Positions 1-9,180 of a DNA stretch of 64,000 nucleotides are shown one piece after another (position 1 is the first letter of the stretch; the number at the start of each line of letters is the position of its first letter). The stretch lies in NCBI GenBank assembly GCA_963763775.1, contig CAVXPZ010000003.1:544001-608000 (forward strand). Reading direction: 5' to 3'. Both the position numbers and the translations under genes were made by a program. The notes beneath the pieces were generated by a model that did not search any database, was not told where the DNA came from, and saw only the letters and a list, made by a program, of their open reading frames with translations. Source of the DNA: an uncultured Chloroflexia bacterium. Its GTDB lineage: Bacteria; Chloroflexota; Limnocylindria; Limnocylindrales; CSP1-4.

Positions 1-647
1 GCCCAGTAGCGGTAGGCCCCGGCCGCGATGACGAACAGTCCGGCGCCGATGTAGATCGGCCCGAGCGAGCTTGTGTCGGTCCCGGCCAGCACCCCGTGCA
101 TCCAGGCCATGGCCCAGATGACGAGGGCGAACCGGTGGATCGCCAGCCACATCCCGCGTGGTAGCAACTTCGTCCATCGCGCCGTCACCGCCGTGAAGAC
201 GAAGGCGTAGAGCGCGAGCGTGCCGATGGCGACGGGCGAGCTGCGGTACTCCGACAGCCCCGGGATGAACGCGCCGCCGAGGCTGACCCCGGCCTTCGGG
301 TCGACCACGAGGCTGACGATATGGGCGATGAGGAACGCCATCACGAAGACCCAGATGTGGTCGTGCCACGGGAAGATCCGCTTCGAGAGGTTCCAGGTCG
401 AGCGGTTCGTCGGGTGGCTCAGCACGAGTCCGAGGACGATCTGGAAGGTGAGCAACAGGAACGCGACGATGCCCGTGGCGCGGGCGGCCAGCCAGAATCG
501 CATCTCGGCCTGGCGCTCCGTGGTGGCCGGGACGATCTGGTCGGTCGCGTAGAGGAGGACCAGCCCGAGCAGCGCGATGACGATCGCCGTGCCGCGAACG
601 GACAATCGGAAGGGCGGGCCGGTCCGTGCCGGGGTCGCAGTGGCCAT
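1..647 (-). CDS. Ferric reductase-like transmembrane domain protein (MsrQ-like heme b membrane protein), 3' end beyond window
   Basis: Manual translation from ATG at 647 (GGAG upstream): MATATPARTG...FWLAARATG...FPWHDHIWVF...LIAHIVSL...WLAIHRF...WMHGVLAGTD. Multiple TM helices with the paired His pattern of the family. Confidence 0.8.
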   Translation of the reverse strand, partial: MATATPARTGPPFRLSVRGTAIVIALLGLVLLYATDQIVPATTERQAEMRFWLAARATGIVAFLLLTFQIVLGLVLSHPTNRSTWNLSKRIFPWHDHIWVFVMAFLIAHIVSLVVDPKAGVSLGGAFIPGLSEYRSSPVAIGTLALYAFVFTAVTARWTKLLPRGMWLAIHRFALVIWAMAWMHGVLAGTDTSSLGPIYIGAGLFVIAAGAYRYW

Positions 648-758
648 GACGTTCTCCGAGCGGGTGTCGTCTACTCGGTTCGAGGCATCATCGAGCCGGA
701 AGGTTTCGCGACGCGAGATAGGCGATGGTCCTGCGGCGCCTGCCGGACCTTCGGGGGA

Positions 759-1511
759 TCAGGGGGCGGCGACCCCGATGGCGCCCACGCCGACCGAGAA
801 CGCGTAGATGGCGACGGCGCCACCGAGCGTCGCCAGGACGATCCAGCGGGACCGGTCGCGGCGATGCGCCTCGGGGAGCAATTCGGCCGCTCCCACGTAC
901 AGGAAGAACCCGGCGAAGAACGCCAGGACCGCGCCGAGGGTGGTCTCCGGGATCGACACCACGAGCCCGACGAGCACCCCGGCGACCGGCGCGATCGCGA
1001 CGAGCGTGAGCCATCGATAGGCGGTCGAGGATGGGGCGCGGCTGGCCAACAGGAAGCTCACGACGCCGATGCCGTCGCTGAACCGGTGCACGATGACGAC
1101 GACGGCGATGACGATCGCGGTCCCTCCGCCGACCGCAAGGCCGGCGGCCAGCGCGACGCCGTCGAGGAAGCTGTGGATCCCCATCCCGACTGCTCCGGCC
1201 GTGCCGACGTGCACGTGCATCGCCTCGTCGTGGTCGAGCTCGGCGGCGGTCTCATGCCCGACGTGGAGGGTCGTGAGCTTCTCGATCGCATAGAACGACA
1301 GGAAACCGATCGCCGTCCAGAGCATCGCCGCGTCGAGCGAGCCGAGGTAGGCGACCGCTTCAGGGATCAGGTCGAAGAACGCCGCGCCGATCCGGATACC
1401 GGCGCCGACCGCGATGATGATCCCGACGTAGCGCACCGCACGGAGCGCGAACCAGCCCCCGAGGAATGCGGAGGCGAATGCGCCGAACGAGACGAGGAGC
1501 GCGGCGGGCAT
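759..1511 (-). CDS. ZIP family metal transporter
   Basis: MPAALLVSF...; hydrophobic, His-rich loop, motifs IHSFLDG, HRFSDG and ELLPEAH. Start overlaps the Fur stop (TGATG). Confidence 0.9.
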   Translation of the reverse strand: MPAALLVSFGAFASAFLGGWFALRAVRYVGIIIAVGAGIRIGAAFFDLIPEAVAYLGSLDAAMLWTAIGFLSFYAIEKLTTLHVGHETAAELDHDEAMHVHVGTAGAVGMGIHSFLDGVALAAGLAVGGGTAIVIAVVVIVHRFSDGIGVVSFLLASRAPSSTAYRWLTLVAIAPVAGVLVGLVVSIPETTLGAVLAFFAGFFLYVGAAELLPEAHRRDRSRWIVLATLGGAVAIYAFSVGVGAIGVAAP

Positions 1512-1945
1512 CAGTCGGCCCTCGCGGCCTGGCAGTCTGGACAGCGGCCGAAGACTTCGAGCCGATGGCCCTCGATCGCGTAGCCGGTCCGCCGCCCGAT
1601 CTCCCGGACCACCGCTCGAAGCCCGGCGTCGTCGATGTCGCGACTGCGGCCGCAGCCCGAGCACACGACGTGATGGTGATGCGCCGGCTGGCAGGCGAGA
1701 TAGGCATGCTCACCGCTCGGCAGGTCGATGCGCTCCACGAGATCCAGGTCCGCGAGGACGTCGAGCGTCCGGAAGATGGTCGCCCGGCCGACGCCGAGGC
1801 GCCGCGCCCGAGAGGCGGCCACCAGGTCCGCTGCCGAGAAGTGGCCGACCTGGTCGGCGATGAGGTCGGCGACGGCGCGGCGCGGCTCCGTCAGCCGGAA
1901 CCCGGCTTGGTCGAGGGCGGCGATGAGCGGCGCGGCATCGGTCAT
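1511..1945 (-). CDS. Fur family transcriptional repressor (Zur/Fur-like)
   Basis: RLTEPRR, GRATIFRTL, HHHHVVCSGC and C-terminal GRCPDC motifs. Confidence 0.92.
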   Translation of the reverse strand: MTDAAPLIAALDQAGFRLTEPRRAVADLIADQVGHFSAADLVAASRARRLGVGRATIFRTLDVLADLDLVERIDLPSGEHAYLACQPAHHHHVVCSGCGRSRDIDDAGLRAVVREIGRRTGYAIEGHRLEVFGRCPDCQAARAD

Positions 1946-1968
1946 GCGCGCCAACGTAGCACACTACA

Positions 1969-1983
1969 TGAGACTCAGTCTCG
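1969..1983. promoter_or_regulatory. Fur/Zur-type 7-1-7 inverted repeat operator (TGAGACT-C-AGTCTCG)
   Basis: Near-perfect palindrome just upstream of the extended -10 (TGcTACGTT) of the fur-ZIP operon. Confidence 0.55.
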
Positions 1984-2044
1984 ATTGTCGCGACCGCTGG
2001 CGGACGGTCGCGACCACCCCGTCGAGACGCGACCGCCTCAGCGG

Positions 2045-3457
2045 CTAGTTCTTCGGATCGCCGTCACCGGCCTGCACCAACCCCAGGGCGCCGCGTCCGA
2101 CGAAGTTGAACGCGTGCGTGACGATCGGGTACAGCCCGTCCTCCTTGGTCGTGAACTCGACGATCGCGCCCTGGGCCGGCGACAGGTCCACGGCCTGCGA
2201 GCCCCAGGATCCCGGATTGCCCTTCTTGAGCTGGATCCCTTCCTTCGTCACGGTGTCGAAGATGGTTCCGACGATGTGGAACGAGCTGTCGATGTTCGGC
2301 CCCGCGTCGAGCACGAAGATCCGCACGCGTTCGCCGGTCCCGACCTTCAGCGGGGCGTCCTTGTACTGGTTGGCGACGCCGTTGAAGACCACGAAGTCGG
2401 GCGCCGGCGCAGCCGCGGAGGCCTTCTCGAGGCTCGTGATGTCGCCCTGGGGACCCAGGTACCACTCGCTCTGGACGAGGGCGAACTCCTTGTCCACCGC
2501 CGGAAGTCCGGCCTTCGGCTCGACGATCACCATCCCGTACATGCCGTTCGCGATGTGGTGGAGCGCCGGAGCCGTGCCGCAGTGGTACATCCACACCCCC
2601 GCGTACTCGGCGGTCCATTCGTAGAGCTTCTCCTCTCCCGGCTTGATCGAGGTCATCTCGTCGTTCCAGGCGACCTGGCTCGCATGGAAGTCCACCGAGT
2701 GGGACAGCTGGTTCGTGGCCGGGTTCTTGAGGTGGACGCGGATGGTGTCGCCCACTTTGACCCGGATCACGGGGCCCGGCACCGTCCCGCCGAACGTCCA
2801 GACGCTCTGCACGAACCCGGGGGCCACGGTCATCTTCGTCTCGGTCACGACGAGGTCGATGTCGTGGGTGTCCCCGGCGAGCCGTTTCGGCGCCGTGGCG
2901 TCGTAGGTCACGGGCGCCGGGGCGTTCGGATCGGCTGCGACGTCGCTCGTGGGCAGGGGTCCACCGTGCGAATCGGCGGCAGCGCCGGCCGACGGGCTTG
3001 CCGCCGCGACGGCGCCGGCGACGCTGATCGCCCCCTGCATGCCGGCCTGGGCGTGACCCGGGATCGAGCACAGGAACGTGACGCCGCCGTCCGGGACGTC
3101 GACCTCGACGGTCGCGGTGCCACCCGCAGGAGCCTGGGCGGTCTCGCCGGTCGGGAAGGTGATGTCATGCGGCACCTGGCCCGTGTTGGTCAGCGTCACG
3201 GCGTACCGCCCTGGCTTGTCGACGGTCACCTGGCTCGGGGTGAAGCCGAGGTCGAACGCCTTGACCTCGACCCGGCCGACCGGCGCGACGGCAGCGACGG
3301 CCGCGCCCGGCGGGGACGGGACAGCGGACGAGGCGGCCCCCGCGAGCGGGACCGGGGAGGCCGGCCCGTACGTCCAGTGGGCGGCCGTCGATCCGGCGCA
3401 GCCTGCGGTGACGAGGAAGAGTGCGACGAGCGCGAACAAGGCGAGCAGACGGCCCAT
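2045..3457 (-). CDS. nirK: Copper-containing nitrite reductase with N-terminal cupredoxin domain, lipoprotein
   Basis: Lipobox-like TAGC. N-terminal cupredoxin (HDITF...FLCSIPGHAQAGM). NirK ligand and catalytic motifs SHSVDFH, YHC...HHIANGM, SSFHIVG, VTHAF. Confidence 0.85.
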   Translation of the reverse strand: MGRLLALFALVALFLVTAGCAGSTAAHWTYGPASPVPLAGAASSAVPSPPGAAVAAVAPVGRVEVKAFDLGFTPSQVTVDKPGRYAVTLTNTGQVPHDITFPTGETAQAPAGGTATVEVDVPDGGVTFLCSIPGHAQAGMQGAISVAGAVAAASPSAGAAADSHGGPLPTSDVAADPNAPAPVTYDATAPKRLAGDTHDIDLVVTETKMTVAPGFVQSVWTFGGTVPGPVIRVKVGDTIRVHLKNPATNQLSHSVDFHASQVAWNDEMTSIKPGEEKLYEWTAEYAGVWMYHCGTAPALHHIANGMYGMVIVEPKAGLPAVDKEFALVQSEWYLGPQGDITSLEKASAAAPAPDFVVFNGVANQYKDAPLKVGTGERVRIFVLDAGPNIDSSFHIVGTIFDTVTKEGIQLKKGNPGSWGSQAVDLSPAQGAIVEFTTKEDGLYPIVTHAFNFVGRGALGLVQAGDGDPKN

Positions 3458-3483
3458 GGTGGTCCTCCGGCGGTCTGACTAAA

Positions 3484-3504
3484 CACGTACAGACCAAGTA
3501 CATG
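3484..3504. promoter_or_regulatory. Inverted repeat CACGTAC-N7-GTACATG upstream of nirK, candidate operator
   Basis: AT-richer patch with a one-mismatch palindrome between the Rrf2 gene and the nirK RBS. Confidence 0.45.
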
Positions 3505-3574
3505 AATAGTCGACCGATGCCGGCCTCACGACATGGGCCATCCGGCCCGTCGCGGGTGGGCCGCGTGTCCCGCG

Positions 3575-3988
3575 TCAGTCTTGCGGGGCGGCGACCGCTG
3601 CGAGCGTGGTCCGGGCCAACCGCTCCTGGAGCGCACCGCGCGCCTCGCCGAAGGCGTCATGGACGGCGCAGCGGCCGTCACGCCCACACGGGATGCCGCG
3701 GAGGATGCATCGACGCTCGTCGTCGTCGGGCTCCGCCGCAGCGATGACGTCGAGCAGCGTGATCGCCTCGGCCGGACGGGCCAGGCGATACCCGCCCGAC
3801 CGTCCTGTCCTGGCCTCGACCAGGCCGGCGGCCCCCAGGTCGCGCATGACCCGCGGCAGGACCCGCTCGGGGATCGCCATCGTCGCGCTGATCTTCGAGA
3901 CGCTCAGCCACGGCCGGGGGTGGGCTTGTGCCAGGGCGAGCATGGCTCGCACCGCGTAGTCGCCCTGCCGGGTGAGCTCCAGTCGCAT
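3575..3988 (-). CDS. Rrf2 family transcriptional regulator with three Cys (NsrR/IscR-like)
   Basis: MRLELTRQGDYAVRAM..., GRSGGYRLARP, CILRGIPCGRDGRC. Confidence 0.92.
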   Translation of the reverse strand: MRLELTRQGDYAVRAMLALAQAHPRPWLSVSKISATMAIPERVLPRVMRDLGAAGLVEARTGRSGGYRLARPAEAITLLDVIAAAEPDDDERRCILRGIPCGRDGRCAVHDAFGEARGALQERLARTTLAAVAAPQD

Positions 3989-4093
3989 CGTCGCAGTATC
4001 GGGGAACCGCGCGCGAACGCACCGAACGTACGACCGCCGGTGGGACCATCGAGCCGGATGTCGAGGGCACCGCTCCATCCCACACTCCACCCG

Positions 4094-4894
4094 ATGGCCA
4101 CGAACATCCGCAGATTCAAGCTGCCGATGACTCGCCCGAAGATGCCGCAGATCGGCGCGATCGGCGAGCCGGACGCGCACGTCTTCAACTGCCCGAAGTG
4201 CGCCCGCCCGCTCACCGAGGGGACCCCGCGCTGTCCCGGGTGCGGCGTTCGGCTGATCATGGGCGTCGTCCTGCGTCGAGCCGGCACGCTGATGGTCTTC
4301 GGGTTCATCGTCGGCGCCCTCATCGGCGGTTCGGTGATGTCCCTCGTCATCTCGACGCTCGTCAACCCCGCCACGGCCGTGGCCACGGTCGACGCCGCGG
4401 ATGACCCGGCCGCGACCGACCCGAGCGGCGCGCCGGTGGCCTCGCAGGCTCCCGCGGCCGTCGGCCCGGCGATCCCGGCCCCGGCACTCTCGTCGCTCCG
4501 CCAGTCGACCCTCCTCGATGCCCGCATCGCGGCCGACGCCGACGCGCTCTCCGAGGCGTACCGGACGAAGGCCTCGGCCGTCGACATCGCCTTGATCCTG
4601 CGGTCCCTCGCCTCCGAGGCGAACATCGGTTCCGACCTCGCCCCGCAACTGCGCACCTGGGACGACGCGCACAAGCTCTCGATGGACCGCGGCGACTTCT
4701 ACGACGCCGTCGGCGGGATCGCCCGAGACGGGCTGCGGGCCTCGATGAGCGACAAGAAGGACTACCGCGCGACGGCCAAGACGATGCTGAGCGCGCTGCG
4801 ACGCCTCGTCACGCTCGACGCGGAGTCGCGGGCGCTCGCGACGACCGCGGGCGTCGACCTGCCACCCGTCGACCTCGGCAGCCTCGCGCCCTGA
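4094..4894 (+). CDS. Hypothetical membrane-anchored protein with N-terminal zinc ribbon
   Basis: CPKC...CPGC, one TM helix, Pro/Ala linker, then a helical domain. Coding-like codon usage. Confidence 0.7.
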   Translation: MATNIRRFKLPMTRPKMPQIGAIGEPDAHVFNCPKCARPLTEGTPRCPGCGVRLIMGVVLRRAGTLMVFGFIVGALIGGSVMSLVISTLVNPATAVATVDAADDPAATDPSGAPVASQAPAAVGPAIPAPALSSLRQSTLLDARIAADADALSEAYRTKASAVDIALILRSLASEANIGSDLAPQLRTWDDAHKLSMDRGDFYDAVGGIARDGLRASMSDKKDYRATAKTMLSALRRLVTLDAESRALATTAGVDLPPVDLGSLAP

Positions 4895-4948
4895 CCGTCG
4901 CCTCAGGTCTGGCCTTCCGCCGCGGACGACCCGAGACGGCGCGCCGCG

Positions 4949-6151
4949 TCAGCGTTCCGGCGCGTACCCCGTGAGTTCGACGTAGGCCTGACCCGCCACC
5001 GGTCGTCCGTCGCGGGTCGCCTCGACCCGCTGCGAACCTTCCCAGTAGACGACGCCGGTCGTCGCCCGCGTGTCGAGCTCCTGGTCCGCGACGGTCGGCG
5101 AGAGGCGGACCTCCAGCGCCTCGCCCGGGATCGACACCGTCCATCCGGCCGGGTAGGTCGCCCCGGTGGCGGGGCTGGTCCAGTGGTCGGTCACCGTCAC
5201 CGTGAAGGCGTCGCGCGCGAGGTGCCGGGTCGTGCCATCCGGCCCGACGAGCGTGCCGTAGACCAGCGGGTACGTCCCGTCCGCATCGCGAACGAGGGAC
5301 AGCGTGAGATCGGTGCCATCGGCGAGGTTCACCGCGAACCAGTCCCAGCCGCCGCCGCCGATGGAGATGAAGTCGCCCCATTGATGGTCGAACCACGCGT
5401 CGCCCTCGACGTCGAACGTCCGACCATCGAGGGTGAGGCTGCCGGTCGCCGCCATGTCCGTCCGCGAGTAGTAGTACGAGCCGCCGGCGGTCCCGAAGTC
5501 GATCCAGCCGTCCGTGTCCTGCATGGCCGGGGGTTTCCGCGCCTCGAGCGCGAGGTCGAGGCCCATCCCTTCCGGCATGCCGGCCGTGGCCGCCTCGTCC
5601 GGGGCGAGGGTCGCCATCAGGTGATCGGTCCCGCCGCCGCCGGTCATCGTCCACGCCGGTCGGCCGAAGGTCGCCGGTCGAGATGGATCGATCCCGGAGA
5701 GCGAGAGGTCGAAGCCCGTCGGCGCCGCATCGGCATCGCGCGGCGAGCGGTCCACCTGGTCACCCACCTCGAGGCGCTGGCTGTAGACGAACCGGTGACC
5801 GGACTCGTCGGTGATCGCGAGATGCGAGGCCCATGAGGTGGGGAATGCCCCGCGCTCGGCTCGGAAGATGACGTACTCGAAGCCGTAGCGGGTGCCGTCC
5901 TTCGCCCGCAGGTGCCCGGTGTCGTACCACCACTCGGTCAGGCGATCGTGCGGCCCGTCGTCGCGCGGCAGGACGACGGGCGCCGGATCGGGCGCACGCG
6001 AGGGCGCGGCGGTCGGCGCCGCGATCGACGGCCGTGCCGCGGTCGGGTTCGCGAGGAGCGGGGCGCCGGCGGTCGTGGAGCAGGCGCCGACCGTTGCGGC
6101 AACGACGATGAGAGAGGCGACGGCCAGGCGGCCGCGAGATCGGGCGTTCAT
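4949..6151 (-). CDS. CrtC/AttH-like lipocalin-fold lipoprotein
   Basis: Lipobox VGAC; HDRLTEWWY, SYYYSRT, AWFDHQWG, WDWF, YWEG, YVELTGY motifs. ATGA-coupled to the MMPL gene. Confidence 0.88.
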   Translation of the reverse strand: MNARSRGRLAVASLIVVAATVGACSTTAGAPLLANPTAARPSIAAPTAAPSRAPDPAPVVLPRDDGPHDRLTEWWYDTGHLRAKDGTRYGFEYVIFRAERGAFPTSWASHLAITDESGHRFVYSQRLEVGDQVDRSPRDADAAPTGFDLSLSGIDPSRPATFGRPAWTMTGGGGTDHLMATLAPDEAATAGMPEGMGLDLALEARKPPAMQDTDGWIDFGTAGGSYYYSRTDMAATGSLTLDGRTFDVEGDAWFDHQWGDFISIGGGGWDWFAVNLADGTDLTLSLVRDADGTYPLVYGTLVGPDGTTRHLARDAFTVTVTDHWTSPATGATYPAGWTVSIPGEALEVRLSPTVADQELDTRATTGVVYWEGSQRVEATRDGRPVAGQAYVELTGYAPER

Positions 6152-8421
6152 CGGGCCGCGGCCTCCACCTCGGCCTCCGAGGCCGGCAGCCGGTTCCCGA
6201 CGAGGCGTTCGAGCGACGCGGGCATCCACCAGTTCCAGCGCCCGATGAGCCGCATGGTCGCCGGCACGAGCAGGGCGCGCACGACCGTGGCATCGAGCGC
6301 GACCGCGATCGCCATCCCGATCCCCAACGCCTTGATGAGGACGATGTCCGCGAAGGCGAAGGACCCCGCCACGAGGACCACGATGAGCGCTGCCGACGTG
6401 ATGATCCGCCCGCTCCGCTCGAGACCGCGGGCGACGGCCTCGGTGTTGTCGCCCGTCCGGTCCCAGACCTCCTTCATGCGCGAGAGCAGGAAGACCTCGT
6501 AGTCCATCGAGAGCCCGAACAGCACGCAGAACAGGATCACGGGCTGGGTCGTCTCGACGAATCCGAGCGGCTGGAACCCGAAGAGCCGCGACAGGTTGCC
6601 GTCCTGGAAGATCCAGACCAGCGCCCCGAAACTCGCGACGATCGACAGGGTGTTCATGACGAGCGCCTTCACCGGCAGGATGACCGAGCGGAGGAGGACG
6701 AAGAGCACGAGATACGTCGTGACGATGATGAAGAGCGCCGTCCGCGGGAAGTCCGCCGCGACGCGATCGACGACATCGGTGACATCCGCGGCGCCGCCGC
6801 CCACGAGGACGGTCGTGCCGGCCGGCGCCGCGAGCGGGCTGGTCGGATCGCGCAGCGCCCTGACCAGGGCCCGGCCCTCGTCACGGTTCGGTCCGTAGGG
6901 CGTCGTGATCGTGAACGCGGTGACGTCGCCCTTCGTCGTTGCGGCCAGGCCCTCGGCCACGTACCGGTCGCGCGGTCCGTTGGGGTCGGCGTACAGCAGC
7001 TGGTATTGGGCGAGCGTGAGCCGCGGGTCGACGTCGACGAGGCTGTCCACGCGCCGGATCCGCGGGTCCGCGGCGAGCCGCCGCGAGTAGTCGTACAAGG
7101 CCGCGATGTTCGCGGGGCTCGTGGCGGGGCCGGTCGTGCGGATCGCGAGGACGAGCGGGGCGAATTCGCCCTCGCCGAACTCGTTCTGCAGCCGGTCGAA
7201 GGCGGCGCGCGACGGCACCTCGGGCGGCAGGATCGTGGCGTCGGGCGCGTTGAACCGGACGTGGAGGAAGGGCGACCCCAGGACCAGGAGCAGACCCAGG
7301 GTCGGGATCAGCACCGCGACCGGGTGGCGCATCACCCGCCGGGCGAGTCGTGACCACGGGCCTTCGGCGTCCGGGCGGCTCGTGACGTGCCGGACGGCGA
7401 ACCGGTCGACGCGATCGCCGAGGATCGTCAGGACGGCCGGCAGGAGCGTGAGCGCCGACGCGACCGCCAGCCCCACGACGATCGCCCCGGCGATGCCGAC
7501 GGAGCGCAGGATCATGAACTCGAACAGGACGAGCCCGAGGAGGCCGAGGAGGACGGTGAGCCCGCTGAAGAACACCGCCCGCCCGGCTGTCGCGACGGTG
7601 ACGCGGACGGCATCGGCCACGCGGTCCGGCCCGGGCGGTCGCAGCCCGAGCTCCTCGCGGAAGCGGCTGGTCAACAGCAGCGAGTAGTCCACGCCGAGGC
7701 CCAGGCCGAGCAGCGTGGCCAGGTTCAGCACGAAGATGCTCATCGGCATGACCGACGCCACGAGGAAGATGCCCGCGAGCGCGACGAGCACGGCCGTCCC
7801 GCCGACCACCAACGGGACGCCGGCCGCGACCGCCGACCCGAACACGATCAGGAGCGCGAGCGCGGCGAGCGGGAGCGAGATGACCTCGCTGCGACGCAGG
7901 TCGGCCTCCGACACGCTCTGCACGTCGCCGTAGAACGCCGGTCCGCCGGCCAGTTCGACGGTCAGCCCGGGCGCCGCGTGGAGCCGTTCGCGGAGGATCG
8001 GCAGCGCCTCCGGCGAGTCGTCCGGGGCCAGGTCGAGGAACACGATGTCGTAGGCGGTATGCCGGTCGGCGGAGATCTGGCGCGGCGACAGCAGGTGGGA
8101 GACGACCCGCGCGACGTGCGGTGCCCCCGGGATGTCGGCGACCGCGGCAGCGGCGGCGACCTCGAACTCGGGCGTGCCCGCGAGAAGCGTCGGGCTGCTG
8201 AACACGACGACGAGCGCCGACGGCGGCGACCCGAGCTCGGTCTCGAGCAGCTGCTTCGCGCGCGCCGACTCGAGGTCGTCGAGGATGAACCCGCCGGCGC
8301 GCAGGGCACCGGGCACCTGCGGGGCGAGCGGGAGGGCCGCGAGCAGGACGATGGCCCAGGCCCCGACGACCCACCACGCGCGGTGCGCGACGAAACGGCC
8401 GAGTCGATCGAACGGGGTCAC
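6148..8421 (-). CDS. MMPL (RND) family transporter
   Basis: GLGVDYSLL..SRFREE and FGLSMDYEVFLLSR motifs, two TM bundles; GTG start VTPFDRLGRF. Confidence 0.93.
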   Translation of the reverse strand: MTPFDRLGRFVAHRAWWVVGAWAIVLLAALPLAPQVPGALRAGGFILDDLESARAKQLLETELGSPPSALVVVFSSPTLLAGTPEFEVAAAAAVADIPGAPHVARVVSHLLSPRQISADRHTAYDIVFLDLAPDDSPEALPILRERLHAAPGLTVELAGGPAFYGDVQSVSEADLRRSEVISLPLAALALLIVFGSAVAAGVPLVVGGTAVLVALAGIFLVASVMPMSIFVLNLATLLGLGLGVDYSLLLTSRFREELGLRPPGPDRVADAVRVTVATAGRAVFFSGLTVLLGLLGLVLFEFMILRSVGIAGAIVVGLAVASALTLLPAVLTILGDRVDRFAVRHVTSRPDAEGPWSRLARRVMRHPVAVLIPTLGLLLVLGSPFLHVRFNAPDATILPPEVPSRAAFDRLQNEFGEGEFAPLVLAIRTTGPATSPANIAALYDYSRRLAADPRIRRVDSLVDVDPRLTLAQYQLLYADPNGPRDRYVAEGLAATTKGDVTAFTITTPYGPNRDEGRALVRALRDPTSPLAAPAGTTVLVGGGAADVTDVVDRVAADFPRTALFIIVTTYLVLFVLLRSVILPVKALVMNTLSIVASFGALVWIFQDGNLSRLFGFQPLGFVETTQPVILFCVLFGLSMDYEVFLLSRMKEVWDRTGDNTEAVARGLERSGRIITSAALIVVLVAGSFAFADIVLIKALGIGMAIAVALDATVVRALLVPATMRLIGRWNWWMPASLERLVGNRLPASEAEVEAAAR

Positions 8422-8617
8422 GTGCAGGCTTCGCGGCCCGGGGGGCGGCGGATGGCGGCGAGCGGTGGAGACATCGGCCCCGGCATCGTAGACGGGCGGA
8501 CCGAAACCGGTCCCGCGACGTGCGCCGGTCCACACGAACGGCCCGCGAGGCGGGTCAGCGGCCCCGCCCATCTGCTAGCATCGGTCCGCCCATCGCGGCC
8601 AGCTGAGGACCCGTCGC

Positions 8618-8950
8618 TTGCAGCTCCTCCTCGCGCCTTTCGCCAGCTTCCCGGTCTCGACCGTGGCGTTCTTCGTCTCGGCGAGCGTCGTGGCGGTCAT
8701 GATCCTGATCATGCTCAAGGCGGCGCTCTCGACCGAGGGCGGGGCTCGATGGGTCAAGCGCATCACCAACCCGAACGCCCGGTACCTCTTCACGTTCCTG
8801 TGGATCGGGTGGCTCATCTTCTTCGGGGTGCTGCTCTTCATCGTGCCGCATATCGGCGCCGGCACGCCGTACGGCGCGATCGGCCTGATCGCCCTCTTCA
8901 CCGGCAGCTTCCTGCTGTTCGGGTTCCTCTGGGCGGTCATCGGCGAGTAG
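8618..8950 (+). CDS. Small hypothetical membrane protein (3 TM)
   Basis: 110-aa strongly hydrophobic ORF, TGcTAGCAT -10 and GAGGA upstream. Confidence 0.65.
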   Translation: MQLLLAPFASFPVSTVAFFVSASVVAVMILIMLKAALSTEGGARWVKRITNPNARYLFTFLWIGWLIFFGVLLFIVPHIGAGTPYGAIGLIALFTGSFLLFGFLWAVIGE

Positions 8951-8978
8951 CGGCCGTCGTCCGACCTCGCGACGCCTG

Positions 8979-9000
8979 GGCCCCGGCTGACGCCGGGGCC
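8979..9000 (+). terminator. GC hairpin GGCCCCGGC-TGAC-GCCGGGGCC, possible terminator
   Basis: Perfect 9-bp stem about 30 nt after the stop codon; weak U-tract. Confidence 0.35.
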
Positions 9001-9180
9001 GTTCGATTCCTCGGGAACCTCGGGCTGACCGGGGCATCGACCCCGGCCGGACCGGGCATCCGGCCCCGCCGCGGCGACCGGCTGGACCCCGACAGGACCA
9101 TCGCGCTATCATCCCCGGACTTGCAGACTGCATAGACTTTATGCGTCGATGCCGCTCTCGCACCCGGAGGCCAGCCAGCG

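Noticed and set aside
8995-9030. GTTCGATTCC tRNA T-loop-like motif
   Set aside because: The flanks do not form a T-stem, and no acceptor stem or cloverleaf can be built.
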